A DNA stretch of 64,000 bases from a virus (taxonomy: Duplodnaviria > Caudoviricetes). Of this stretch, positions 27,273-38,400 are shown one piece after another. Every line of letters starts with the position of its first letter. Position 1 is the stretch's first letter. The notes beneath the pieces are model-generated. The model worked only from the letters and a program-made list of their open reading frames with translations. It was not told where the DNA came from and did not search any database. Both the position numbers and the translations under genes were made by a program. The DNA lies in the IMG/VR virus record IMGVR_UViG_2974592265_000001, positions 24,404 to 88,403 of that record; one strand, written 5' to 3'.

Positions 27273-28610
27273 TCAAGCCTTGAACCCCACCTTGTTGATA
27301 AGCAATTCCTGTTGTGGCCGGCTGAACGCCACGTACAAAAGCCGCTGCCTTTCACTGCGGATTGGATTCTCCAGCAGATCTTTGACATCGACCATTACAC
27401 GCTTAAAGGTGCTGCCCTGGCTGCGATGGACCGTGATGCAGTAGCAATACTTGAGGTCGGCAAACAGGTCAGTGAACTTGTGCAGCTGCCGCCAGTGATA
27501 GCTCGCGTTGCCCCCGGTTTTGGCGGCTTCGAGGGCTTTGGTTTTGATCTTCTGGCAGTGAGCTTCGAACCGCTCATACTCGTCTTCGTGCAGCACATGA
27601 GCGAAGACTTGCTTCACATCAGCATACACAGGATTCAGCGTGACCAGCCACGTCTTCCACGACGTGCTGCTATATTCGTCGAACATCTTGCTTTCGCTAA
27701 CCGCGCCAACCAGCGACTCTTCGTCCGTGGACAGGATGGTGTCGCCGTCACGGCTGATCGGTTTGGCAGTCACCAGGCGCTCACCCAGCTCAAAGCGGGC
27801 GGCGTTAGGGCCGTAGATTTTGGCGCGAATGGCGTTGTTGATGTCATCCACACGGAAGTTGCGCCACGCCAGGACACGGACATCCTCGAGGTCCGTGGTC
27901 AGGTCGAACTGATCCACCACCGTCTTCAGGAAGTGGGCAGCTTTGACCACCGTGACGTTGTTCTCCGGCACGAAGTCGAAGTGGAAGGTCTCCTTGTTCT
28001 TGATCGCGGCTCGCAGTGGTGCGGTGATCAGCTGGATGCCGTTCGGTGTTCCGTCCGGGTTGTTCTTCTGCCGCTCCGCCTGGGTCAGCTCGACCGTCGG
28101 GAACAGGCCGAACGCCTTGGAGGTGGTCTCCTTCACCGGCGGCAGCTGCATGTCATCGCCCATCATCAGGCAGAACACTTGCTGAGCCTCCAGCTCCGGC
28201 AGGAAGTAGTCGAACAGGAAGTACTCGCCCAGCATCGACATCTCGTCGCAGACCAGGACGTGGTACTCGCCGATCACGCTGTCCCGCACCTGCACCGCAC
28301 GCTTCTTCTCGTCGGTGGGCATCATGGACAGGCCGAGGGCGCTGTGGGCGGTCTTGAAGCCGACCTTGTCCATCGGCAGCCCCGCTGCCCGCGCGGCCTT
28401 CTCCAGCTGCTTGACGGCTTTGTTGGTGGGCGCCACGAAGATGGCCTTGACCCCGCCCTCGATCAGGATGCTGGCCAACTCCATGACACAAAAAGTTTTA
28501 CCGGTGCCGCCTTCGCCAATGATGGTGAAGCCAGGCTTGCCTTCTTCGTAGGCATCGAGCGCCCCGTTGACGCCGATGACCTGGCCGCTGTTCAGTCCCA
28601 TACCCGTCAC
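27273..28610 (-). CDS. Dda/RecD-like SF1B DNA helicase
   Basis: GEGGTGKT, APTNKA, VCDEMSM, GDDMQLPPV, YCITVHRSQGST and LLYVAFSRP. Confidence 0.92.
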   Translation of the reverse strand: MTGMGLNSGQVIGVNGALDAYEEGKPGFTIIGEGGTGKTFCVMELASILIEGGVKAIFVAPTNKAVKQLEKAARAAGLPMDKVGFKTAHSALGLSMMPTDEKKRAVQVRDSVIGEYHVLVCDEMSMLGEYFLFDYFLPELEAQQVFCLMMGDDMQLPPVKETTSKAFGLFPTVELTQAERQKNNPDGTPNGIQLITAPLRAAIKNKETFHFDFVPENNVTVVKAAHFLKTVVDQFDLTTDLEDVRVLAWRNFRVDDINNAIRAKIYGPNAARFELGERLVTAKPISRDGDTILSTDEESLVGAVSESKMFDEYSSTSWKTWLVTLNPVYADVKQVFAHVLHEDEYERFEAHCQKIKTKALEAAKTGGNASYHWRQLHKFTDLFADLKYCYCITVHRSQGSTFKRVMVDVKDLLENPIRSERQRLLYVAFSRPQQELLINKVGFKA

Positions 28611-28648
28611 CTTATAAATTTATATGTTTATATGCTTATAGGATGGGC

Positions 28649-28677
28649 ACGATAAAGAACCGTGCCCTCCCGGTCAA
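28649..28677 (-). promoter_or_regulatory. Sigma70-type promoter
   Basis: TTGACC-17 nt-TATCGT on the - strand, upstream of the Dda-like gene. Confidence 0.6.
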
Positions 28678-28997
28678 GATCTCGGCGAGAAAATATCTAC
28701 GACGGATCCGCTTGACACGTCGGCGGCGGGTCTATCCCGCATGTGCCGCTGAGTATGGAAGAACAGCACGACGTCCTTCGACGCTTCTTCCAGGTCGCCG
28801 GTAGCCAGGAACCCTTTGACGAACTCCACGTAAGGGTCGCGCAGCTGTTCAGCGGTGAAGGCCTTGATGCCTTCCGGCCGCAGGAACTGATCCAGCGCTT
28901 CCACGTAATAGTCGATCCACTGACGCTGCTGCGCCGTGGTGCCGGTGTCGCCCTTCTGTTTGACGATCATCAGTAGTTCAGTTTTTATGCGTTCCAC
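28674..28997 (-). CDS. Hypothetical protein
   Basis: GGAG RBS; coding-like ORF. Confidence 0.6.
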   Translation of the reverse strand: MERIKTELLMIVKQKGDTGTTAQQRQWIDYYVEALDQFLRPEGIKAFTAEQLRDPYVEFVKGFLATGDLEEASKDVVLFFHTQRHMRDRPAADVSSGSVVDIFSPRS

Positions 28998-29033
28998 ACT
29001 TTCTCCTTCTGGGCCAACGGCCAGTGTTACGGG

Positions 29034-29837
29034 TTAATCCGGGATGCCGGTCATCAGCATGGTGCGAGCCCGGCTGACCAGCCGTGGGTCGGCCACCTGC
29101 TTGACGTTGCGTACCTTGCTGGTGAACTCCTCCGGTAGGAAGTCGACCGCCTCGGGGAACTGATCCTGCAGCTGTTTCAGCGTGCGGATCGAGGCGAGGA
29201 TCTTGGTCAGATCGTCGTGCATCTCACCCGCTGCCTTCAGTACTGCGAGGAACGAGGCCATCAGGCGATCGACCTGCAGCGACAGCTGGTAGGCGGCCTT
29301 GGAGTAGGGCAGGCGAGGGTCGTTCTTGTCCGTCATCACCACGTCGGGGTGGAAGATGTGACCCAGGCCACGGATGCTTGGCAGGTCGGCGTGGCTGGTC
29401 TTCCAGCTGTAGTGGAAGTCGTAACCGCCGGTGTACACGCTGGTGAAGTTGAGGAACCCGCCCCACTCAGCGCTGACCGCGCGGCGGACTTCGTCCCACT
29501 TATCCTTGTCAGCTTCGCGCTCTTTCTGCTTGCTGGCGTAGCCGACGGCGATCTTGCCCAGCTCGGTGTTCTCGGTAGTGTTGTGCTTGTCACCGACCTT
29601 GTTGGTGACCAGGTAGACCACTCCCTTCATGCCGCTGAAGATCTGCTCCTGAATCAACTCAGCCCAGCGTGCCTGGGGCACCTCCGGGATCTTCAGCTCG
29701 ATGTGTTTGGCGAACAGCTGGCGCCACAGCTTGTCCAGCGCCTTGGCCGCCTTGGCTGTCGGCGCTGCCTGGCGTTTGGCGGCGTGGCGAATCATTTCGG
29801 CGATCAGGTGCTTTTTGACTTCGTTGGTGATGTTCAT
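29034..29837 (-). CDS. Nucleotide-modification-associated domain 5 (Nmad5)-like protein
   Basis: C-terminal IRTLKQLQDQFPEAVDFLP resembles the Nmad5 TxKQLxxxWPE motif. Start at ATG 29837. Confidence 0.65.
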   Translation of the reverse strand: MNITNEVKKHLIAEMIRHAAKRQAAPTAKAAKALDKLWRQLFAKHIELKIPEVPQARWAELIQEQIFSGMKGVVYLVTNKVGDKHNTTENTELGKIAVGYASKQKEREADKDKWDEVRRAVSAEWGGFLNFTSVYTGGYDFHYSWKTSHADLPSIRGLGHIFHPDVVMTDKNDPRLPYSKAAYQLSLQVDRLMASFLAVLKAAGEMHDDLTKILASIRTLKQLQDQFPEAVDFLPEEFTSKVRNVKQVADPRLVSRARTMLMTGIPD

Positions 29838-30214
29838 TGCTGCCCCTTGTAGGCGGTGTTGAAGTGGTGGGTGAGGACCTTGTACAGGTTGACCGTCTGT
29901 GTGACCCCTAGTTTTCGGCACAGCTGGACCCGTTCCTCGTCGGTCCAGATCGCCATCAGTACCGACTCCTGCGGCACCTCCCACATCGCGCCGGGGGTGT
30001 ACAGCATGGCGAAGTTCAGAGTCTTGCCGACGTTGCTGCGCTGCGGCCGGGTGACCTCGCTGTACATCAGGCCCAGGGTGATGGCGGTGGTGATGGTGTG
30101 GATGTCCAGCAGTGCGCTGGTCGGCTGCAGCGGCAAGTCACCGTGCTTCTCGTAGTGCTCCAGCACCCGCTGCTCGATGGCAGCGAAGTCCGTGGTAATT
30201 TTCTTCTCGGTCAC
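29834..30214 (-). CDS. 126-aa stand-alone fragment resembling DNA Pol I motif A through the O-helix (fingers)
   Basis: GTG start with AGGAG RBS; DFAAIEQRVL...DIH..T.A..LG...VT..QR...KTLNFAMLY. Confidence 0.75.
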   Translation of the reverse strand: MTEKKITTDFAAIEQRVLEHYEKHGDLPLQPTSALLDIHTITTAITLGLMYSEVTRPQRSNVGKTLNFAMLYTPGAMWEVPQESVLMAIWTDEERVQLCRKLGVTQTVNLYKVLTHHFNTAYKGQQ

Positions 30215-30615
30215 TTCAGGTACTCCTTTCGCACACGGCGCAACACCGTGGCATGGCTTAGGCCTGGCCAGCCGTACAGCCTGGCCTTGCCGTCTTCGGT
30301 AAATTGAATCCACTCGGTCCAGGTGTACGGATCAGCCAGGCTGATTGAGCGGTCCACCCTTCGGGTCAGTTTCAGTCGGGTGTCTTCACCGACGCCGGCC
30401 GCCAGCAGGTCGAACATCCCCCGCTGCGCCGACTCAGTGAGCGACATGGACGGGAAGCGCTCGTCCTTGGCGAACTCGATCAGGGTGGAATAGGGGATGG
30501 ACCGCTCCTTTTCCCAGCGGTTTATGAATGTTTCCAGCGCCTTACGCTTCCATCTTGATGTTGCTTCAAGCAGCGTCTGCCCGGGTCTCGCCGGCCAGGT
30601 AGGCTGCAATATCAT
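30211..30615 (-). CDS. Hypothetical protein
   Basis: Stop overlaps the next GTG start; start position uncertain. Confidence 0.5.
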   Translation of the reverse strand: MILQPTWPARPGQTLLEATSRWKRKALETFINRWEKERSIPYSTLIEFAKDERFPSMSLTESAQRGMFDLLAAGVGEDTRLKLTRRVDRSISLADPYTWTEWIQFTEDGKARLYGWPGLSHATVLRRVRKEYLK

Positions 30616-33600
30616 GCTCACGTCCACGTTCCTGCTCCTCGGTCCTTTTCGGGACAAACACCCAGGCCTGTACAAAGGCCCCTTCGTTCATGGTCATCAC
30701 TTCAGGGTTACTGTCGAGGATGACGATGTCCGACACCGCCTTGGCGATTTCCACCGCCCGTTCACGGGCATCGGCCATCAGCAGCTTGTTGCGCAGCATC
30801 CGCTCGTTGAGCTTGGTGATCTTTGCCAGCGGGAACGTCTGGCCGATGTCCTGCATCAGCTGCAGCTCTTCTTCGGTCCAGCTGCCCCGAGGCTTTTCCA
30901 GGTTGGTGATGAAGCGCAGCAGCCGGGCTCGCCAGTGCTGCGGCTCGACCTGGGCAAACTTCATCAGCACCAGGCACTGGCTGACGCTCAGCTCGCCGGG
31001 CTTGCTGACCGGCACCACGCGGTAGACACCGCGTTTCTCCGGCACCGCGCGGCACTCGGCGTAGGACGTGGCCTGCTCCTCGTCGCTGAACTTGGGGCCA
31101 GGCGCCCAGTAGCCTGGCTTGCGCCACTGTATTTGGTGGGTCCAGGGTTTGAACGCTCGGGTCATTGTGGCGCTCCGAACTGGAGCAGCAGGCGGTCAAG
31201 CAGCGAGTTCAGGTCGATGTTCGGCGAGATCGACTCGGCCGCGCCGACCGCCTGAACATGCTGCAGGGCCAGCATCAGGCTGCGCAGAGGGCCTGCGTGT
31301 TCTTCCTGCATGCCGGACGGCGTCTTCTGCCCGAGCAGCGCGGTGGCCTTGTCGCGGTCCATCCAGATGACCAGACCAAACTTCTCCGGCCGCATACCAC
31401 CGCGCAGCACCGACGCGCTGTCGATGGTCATCTCGGTGGTGAAGGTCATCTCGTTGTAACCCTTGCGGGTGCGGTAGTCGCTGAGGCACTGGTCCAGCGG
31501 CTGCAGGACGGTGCCTTCGTGATCCATCAGGACCAAATTTTGTAAGCTGATTCCCATGAGAGACCTCAGATGACCAGGAGTGGGTGGGTGGTGGCTTCGT
31601 CAAAGCCCTGCTTGACCAGGTGGTCGATGGCCAGCTCGCAGGCGTCTTCATCGCTGATCGGCGTGGAGCGCAGCATCACGACGTAGACGTACACGTCCTT
31701 CATGCCTTCTTGCGGTGGGGTCGGATCAGCGAACTTGACCACCTTGGTCAGCGTGCGGTTGCCCACTTCCTGCAGGATGTAGCACTTGTGCGGGCTACCG
31801 CTGAACTGCAGGCGGTAGACGTCCTCGAAGCCCGTGGCCGCTGCCACCCTCTTCCAGTCCTCACCAGCCTCGTCGGAAGGGTGAGCGTGCATCAGGTCAC
31901 CATCGTCGTCCTTCCAGACGGTGCGATAGTCCCGGCCGCTACCACGGGAAACCCGCAGGCCCTCGGCGAGGAGGGCTTCAATTTGCGTTAAAGTCAGCAT
32001 CGGTAAGTCCCGCCTTAAAGTCTGCAGCCAGTTGGTCGATAGGGTTCTGTACACCGCCTTGGGCCGTTGGTAGGCCGCGGGTGGCAATCATCTCGCGGAT
32101 CAGGTGGGACTGGCCGACGTTGCCGAGGGCAGAAAGCACATTGTGTAGGGCGTGCTTGTCGACCACGCAGATGGTCTGGAAGTAGCCGTGCTTCTTCAGG
32201 CCGTTGAAGAGCGCCAGCACCTGTCGGTCCAGCATCTCTTCCTTTTTCTCGATTCGCTCGATCAGCTGATCCATCAGGACCACGTTGGGCAGCTGTTGCT
32301 CGCGGCCTTCGACCGGCAGGTACTTACGCAGGGCGTCGACCTGTTCTGGAACCAGCTCGTCACCGTTGCTCAGTCGTTGGATCAACCGGTCAGCCAGTAC
32401 CCCGGAAACACCGTTCTTGTCGGCTTCCCGTCTCGACTGCAGCTCGGTACAGAGCATGATGACGTCACCCGCCCCGATGGGCTGACAGTCGGCAGCTTGC
32501 AGTACCAGGGCTTGGATGTTCTTGTCACTGAGTAGATGCATGGATGACTCCTTGTTTCACTTCACACCGGCAGCGGCTCATGTACTTCTTGACCGCCACG
32601 TTGGCTGATTCGCTGACCGGCCGCTTACGCAGCTTGCAGGTGCAGCTGGTTTCGAAGAGGTCCCGCAGGATCTCGTTCTTGGTTTGAGGGATGGCGAAGG
32701 CTCGCATCTCGCCGTACACCTCAGCCTCCCGGCCTCGTAACTTGGGAGTCGGACCGAACCAGCCCCTGACCCCGTCAATTCCAAAGCCATGGACGAAGGT
32801 CATGTGCTCCGCTGGGATCGGTCGGCCCGACTCCAGGATCTTCCAGCCCTTCGGAGGGTCCGGCACCAGAAGGCCGTGAGGGATACCACCGCCGCGCAGG
32901 GTGCGGTAGCGGGCTCGCTCGCTGTTCCTGTCCCGTTCGCTGCCCCACACGACCCACTCCCACACCGGGCGGCCATTGCTGACCATGTTCCGGCCGAAGG
33001 ACTGCTGATGCTGGCGGACCATGAGGACGCCCTTCACGTACTTCTCGTCACCGGCCTTCAGCTTGCGAGGCGGCGAGCCCCGGCGGAAGGTGTAGGTGAT
33101 GCTGTCAATTCTCGGTTGCATCTATTTTCTCCCTCATGGGGGCCAGGTGGCTGATGTTGAAATCCAGTTGATGCAGGTCAGCCTTTATGCACTCCGCCTT
33201 TTCCTTGAGTACACGCTTGGCGCCTTGCAACGCCACGGCATGGAACTCAGGGCGCACGGAGCCCATGACCTGGACACTCATCTGGCCGTCCAGCTGCACC
33301 GTCCAATACAGCTGGCACAGTTGCGCCCACTCATAGAGGAGCTCTTGGATCTTGGTGTGCTGCTCGAAACTAATCATCCGCGGGCTCCTTGGGCTTGCCA
33401 CATTCAGCGCAGAAGACATGGCCGGTGCCAGAGTGGCCCAGCCATGTAGGGTGCAGGCAGAACGCTTGGATCAGCTGCTCCGCCGCCTTGTACACGTAGG
33501 GGTTCAAGTCCATGGTGCCGTCGCCCTGGCGCTTTAGTTTGAAACCCGCTGCCACACAGATGCGCTTGACCTGATCGTTATTCAGCCGTGACATCGGCGG

Positions 33601-35431
33601 CCTCCTTCACTGGCAAGGTGCGGATGAAGCGACCAGCCACGGTGACGTCGCGCTTCTTCAGTTTCGACGTCACCCGGTACTTGTCAGCGCGCTCGTCGTA
33701 CATGACGACACGGCCCTTGTCCTGCTCCAGGCCGATCGACCAGCTGACCACCTGGCCGACTTCAATGTCCGGCACCGGCAGGCCGCCGTTGCGCAGGGCG
33801 ATGTCGATGGCCTTGTTCAGGTTCTTCGCTGACAGGCTGAACGTCTCAGGCGGCAGCTTCATCAGGATGGCCAGCTGGGCTTCCGTGAGGACCTGGCCCT
33901 TGAAGATCATTTCGTGCATGGCGCCTCCAGAGGTGCTGGGATGCACTCGGTGCAAGCGATCTCGATCGGCTGCCCTTCGTGATCCTTGTCGGTGGTGGTC
34001 AGGACCCGGCTGTCTTCACAGGCCAGGCAGTGGTTGGAGGAGGGGAGGACGACCGGGATATGCACGCCGTCCAGCTTGTCCGTGGTCAGAGCAGCGGACT
34101 TGGTGAATTCTGCCTGAAGTACCTGATGGGTCTCAGAGAGCTTTTCCATGTCGACACCCTTGATCCCGGCTGCCTTGGCGACCTGAATCTGCGCCCCGAC
34201 CAGGGCATCAAGGAACATGTAGGCACCGGCCTTCTTGTAGACCAGATGGTGCAGCGCTGCCAGGGCCAGCTTCTTCACGTCACGGGAGGTCAGCCTGACC
34301 ACCGAGTCCGTGGTCAGCGGATGCCGGCTGTTCGGGTGCAGCAGTACCGCCTTGATGTCGAAGCCGGTGCCGAGTTCGCTGATCGCCAGCGGCGCCTGGA
34401 ACCCTTTGGCGTGGCCGGCTGCGGTGTGCAGGGCGAACTTCAGTTTCGCCCCGAGAATTTCTTGCTCCCACTCATAAAAGAGGGGCGCGTCTACCAGGCC
34501 CGCTAGGGTGCGGACCTGCACTGTACCTTTGGCTTTCATACCCACTCCTTGCTATCCATCCAGCGATTTATGTCGTACTTCATGCTCGGCAGCACCTTGG
34601 GGTCGTCGAGCGCTTCCGCCATCCACTTCCCGACAAAGGCATCCTCCGGGGTGGCGACGGCGGTCTTGTGTCGTAGGCCGACGATCTCGGCCTTGGTCAC
34701 GCGGCTGCGATTGATCTTGCGGTTGTCGATGACGCCCTGCCAGCTCTCACGGACGTCCATGGCTTCATCCAGGTCGTTGGCCCGGCCGAATTCCTTGGTG
34801 CCGTTGGCGCGGGTCAGCTGCACCCCGAGCAGCTCGTCGATCTCGACGTTGCACACCGCTGACTGGCCGTGCCACCAGTCAGCGTGCTTCTTGGCTTGGT
34901 CGATGGTCTCGAAGCGTTCGTCGAGGCCAGGCAGGTTGCCGTTGGTGTTGTTGGCGATTACTCGAAATTGCATGCGTCCCCATCCTTGATTGCTACGTTG
35001 AGTTCTTCGCTGTGGAACACGAGGCCAGCGACGTCGAGCTGGGCGCCGTCACTGGTCAGGCTGGTGGAAACTTCCACCAAGGTGTCCATCAGCGCGCTGC
35101 GAGCGGCCTCGGCGTCCATCCCCTCGATGTTCACCTTGCCCCGCAGGATCAGGTGGTACTCAAGGTGCTTGTCGCCACCCTCCGGCTGGCAGACCGGCGC
35201 TGCCACCGCTTTCCATGGCAGGCCGTGGCCCGGGTTACCGTGTTCCAGGCAGTCGCTGCTGACGCAGTTGCCTTCCGGGTCGACCTGAATCGGGCCGCAG
35301 CCCTCACACAGGGCTGACGCTGCCAGCCCCTTGTCCCAGTCTTCTTGGGTGGTCAACCCCTTGAGGTCGTTGTTTTCAGCGGCGAACGCACCGAACATCT
35401 GTTCGCTACACGCCTTGCAAAAGTCTGCCAT
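30566..35431 (-). other. Chain of about 11 co-oriented hypothetical ORFs (30566-31165, 31162-31557, 31566-32000, 31978-32541, 32525-33121, 33105-33419, 33370-33594, 33578-33919, 33907-34545, 34536-34973, 34958-35431)
   Basis: Head-to-tail packing with short overlaps and GGAG-type RBSs; no recognisable family motifs. Confidence 0.65.
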
Positions 35432-38400
35432 TTACGCGGTCTCCGCCATGTCACGCTCAAGTGCCCAGCGTGGGATGTTTGCTGATACCAGTGCCCGGGC
35501 CAGACCCGGCGGCACTGAGTTGCCGACCATGCGAACTTGTGCATGCTTCGGAAGTTTTTTGCCCATCACCACCTCGTGCTGGTAGTCAGCCGGGAAACCC
35601 TGGCAGCGGTACAGCTCGTGCGGTTCCAGCATTCGCATGCCGATGTCGACGATCTGGTACTCCTGACCCTTGAAGGTCACCAGACCGAAGCGCGCCTTGC
35701 TGGTGATGGTGTCCAGCGGCTCGTCGCAGCTGACTGCGCCGCCGGTGCCGTAGAACTTGATCAGGAAGGCCTGCACCGCGGCGTAGTGGTTGCCTTGGGC
35801 ACCGATGGTGTCCAGTGGGCGGTCCAGGGACTGGCCGTGCTGGCAGGTACCTTTCAGTTTCACCAAGCTGCTGGCGACCAGTGCCGACTTGCCTCCGCCG
35901 CCGGCGGTGATCACCCCCAGTGGTTCATCGGCGGCGTGGCCGACGCTGTTGCCGAAGTCGCGCTGGATGTGGGCAGCGTGGATCGCCTCGTCCAGATCGT
36001 GCTCGACCTCTGTGGGAGCGAGCGTGGCTTCCATCACCGCGTTGTGATCCGTGGCGGTGATGGTCGGCAGCGGCTTGTCCAGGGTCTGGCCTACAACCCC
36101 GGTGTAGTGCTTGAGCAGCGCTGCCACTTGGATGTGGCGGGCCTTGCTGACCACGGTGGACAGCGGCTGATCCAGCGACTGTGAGGTGTCCTTGGTGCTG
36201 GTGTGGTCGATGGTGGCGACGAAGCTGGCCTGTACCGGCTCCAGTTGCGCTTGCAGGACACCCAGTGCATGAGGTGCTCCAGCAGGTCGGGCGGCACCAC
36301 CACCGGCTGTGATGGTCGGCAGCGGGGCGTTGCAGCTGGTGCCGCCGGACTCACCGCGGAACTTCATGATGGCAGCGGCGGACTGCAGCTCGGCTTCCAC
36401 CAGGGCGAAGCGGGTGGCGCCGGCCATCACGGTGTCCAGCGGGGCGTTGGCCGACTGGCCGATGCTGTTCTGGTTGAACTTGCTCAGCGAGACGGCGGCC
36501 AGGCCGGTGCCGTGCTTGCTGGTCAGCGTAGCAATCGGATCGTCCAGTGACTGGCCACGGAAGTCGCTGCCGCCGTGGTTGGTCTTCACCAGAAACGCCT
36601 CGTCCCCGGCGCCGATCACGAACTTCTCGATGCCCTTGAAGATCCGCGCCATGGTCTTGTCAGCCAGCGGCTTCTTGCGGTCGAAGATCGACGGGCAAGC
36701 CAGGCTGAAGTCGAGGTTGTCACCGGCGGTCTTCCACGGCTGCAGCTTGCCCGGGTTGGCCTTCAGGAACTTCTTGTCAGCGTGGGTCGGCTCCGGCCAG
36801 ATGATGGGCAGCCCGTCCTTGCGGGCCATCAGGAAGAAGCGGTTGCGGGTGGTGGGGTCGCCGTAGTCACAGGCGTTCAGGCCCTTTTCCTTCCACTCGA
36901 CGGTGTAGCCAGCAGCGCGCAGCTGCTTGACGAACTGCTTGAAGGTCTGGCCGGCGCGCTTCTTGTCCGGCACCAGCGCCTGCTCCCAGTAAGGAACGTA
37001 CTCACCGGGCTCGCTGACCACCTCGTTCATCACCGGGTCTCCGTTCTTGTCCTTCTTCACCGGATCCGCGACCAGCTTGATGACCCGCTTGGTGGTCTTG
37101 CAGCGCTTGGCAATCAGCGGACCCCAGGTCAGGAATTCCTTCACGTTCTCCATGAAGACCATGGCCATGTCCGCCTGGCCGACCCACTTCTTGACGATCC
37201 AGGCCAAGCCGCGAATCGCCTTCTTCACCGGCTTGCCACCCTTGGCCACCGAAAAGTGGGTGCAGTTATGGACGACGATGCCTTCCACGACATAGCTCTC
37301 GTCGTCTTCAACGGAGAGGTTGAACACCTGGACAGGTTCGTCCAGTTCGGTTACTTCTTTGACCGCTCCCCATTCCATACCCTCGTCACGCCACGACTGT
37401 TGGTGTGCCGCGTCAACCTCGTTGCGCCACCGAACTGACCAGATAGGCTGACAAGTGACATCACGGCCTTCAATCTGGTTAACGGCGCGTGGCTTGGCCT
37501 TGTACACCAGAACGCTTTTGCCCAGTGAACTGGCCAACGCCTTGATGCCGAAGATCAGCTTCTTGCCCACGCTGTCCGCCTGCCATAGCCCGTCACGGAA
37601 GTACCCGTCGGCTTCCATGTACCCGTCGAGGAATCGCTGACGGCATGTTTCGTCCAGACCCAGTAGCCAGGCTGGGACTGCCTTGTTCTCGGCGCGGTGG
37701 CCGACATTGTCGCGTAGCCACTCGACCAGACCTTTGTGATTGGTGGACAGCTGAGTTGCAGTGCGTGTGTTGCGGCGGTGCCAGGCCAGCTCGTTGTACC
37801 CACAGCGTCCGCCGCTCACCGGGCACCAGTGACGCAGCTTTGACACCAGTCCGTCTGCCTTGTCGTTGTGAGTGGTAAGGACCAGTTCAGCGCGCTCATT
37901 GCCGAGGCGGCTCCAGCCGTTCCCTGCGTAGTAGCCTGCTAGCCATAACAACTCGTGGCTAATTTCCATACCCCGACCACCCACCTGAGGAATGCTCAAG
38001 TTGCTGGTGCTGAAGTCTGTTGGCGTGGCCCAGTAGTCGTTCCGGGTCAGCTGTCCGGCGGTTATCCACTCTGACGTCTCCGCCTTCTTGCCGCGGCGAA
38101 CGTAGAATGGGTGCTCACTGCTGACCTGCAAGCCTGGGTGGCCATAACCGCGGATCTGCAGCAACGGCTTCACCGCGGTCATCACCTTGGTGACTTTCTT
38201 CCAGCGGTTGTTGTGGGTCCACACCAGCTGGCCTACAGCGACGTTGTCGATGGCTTGGTAGCCCTCACTGGTCAGCACCAGGGTGCTCGCAGGGAAGCAG
38301 TCCGGACTGAACCAGCCCATCAGGGCGGGCTGGCCGTTCAATGCTTCGGGGATGTTGATGTCCCACACCGACTCGTTGTAGTGCTTGGTGGTGGGGTGGT

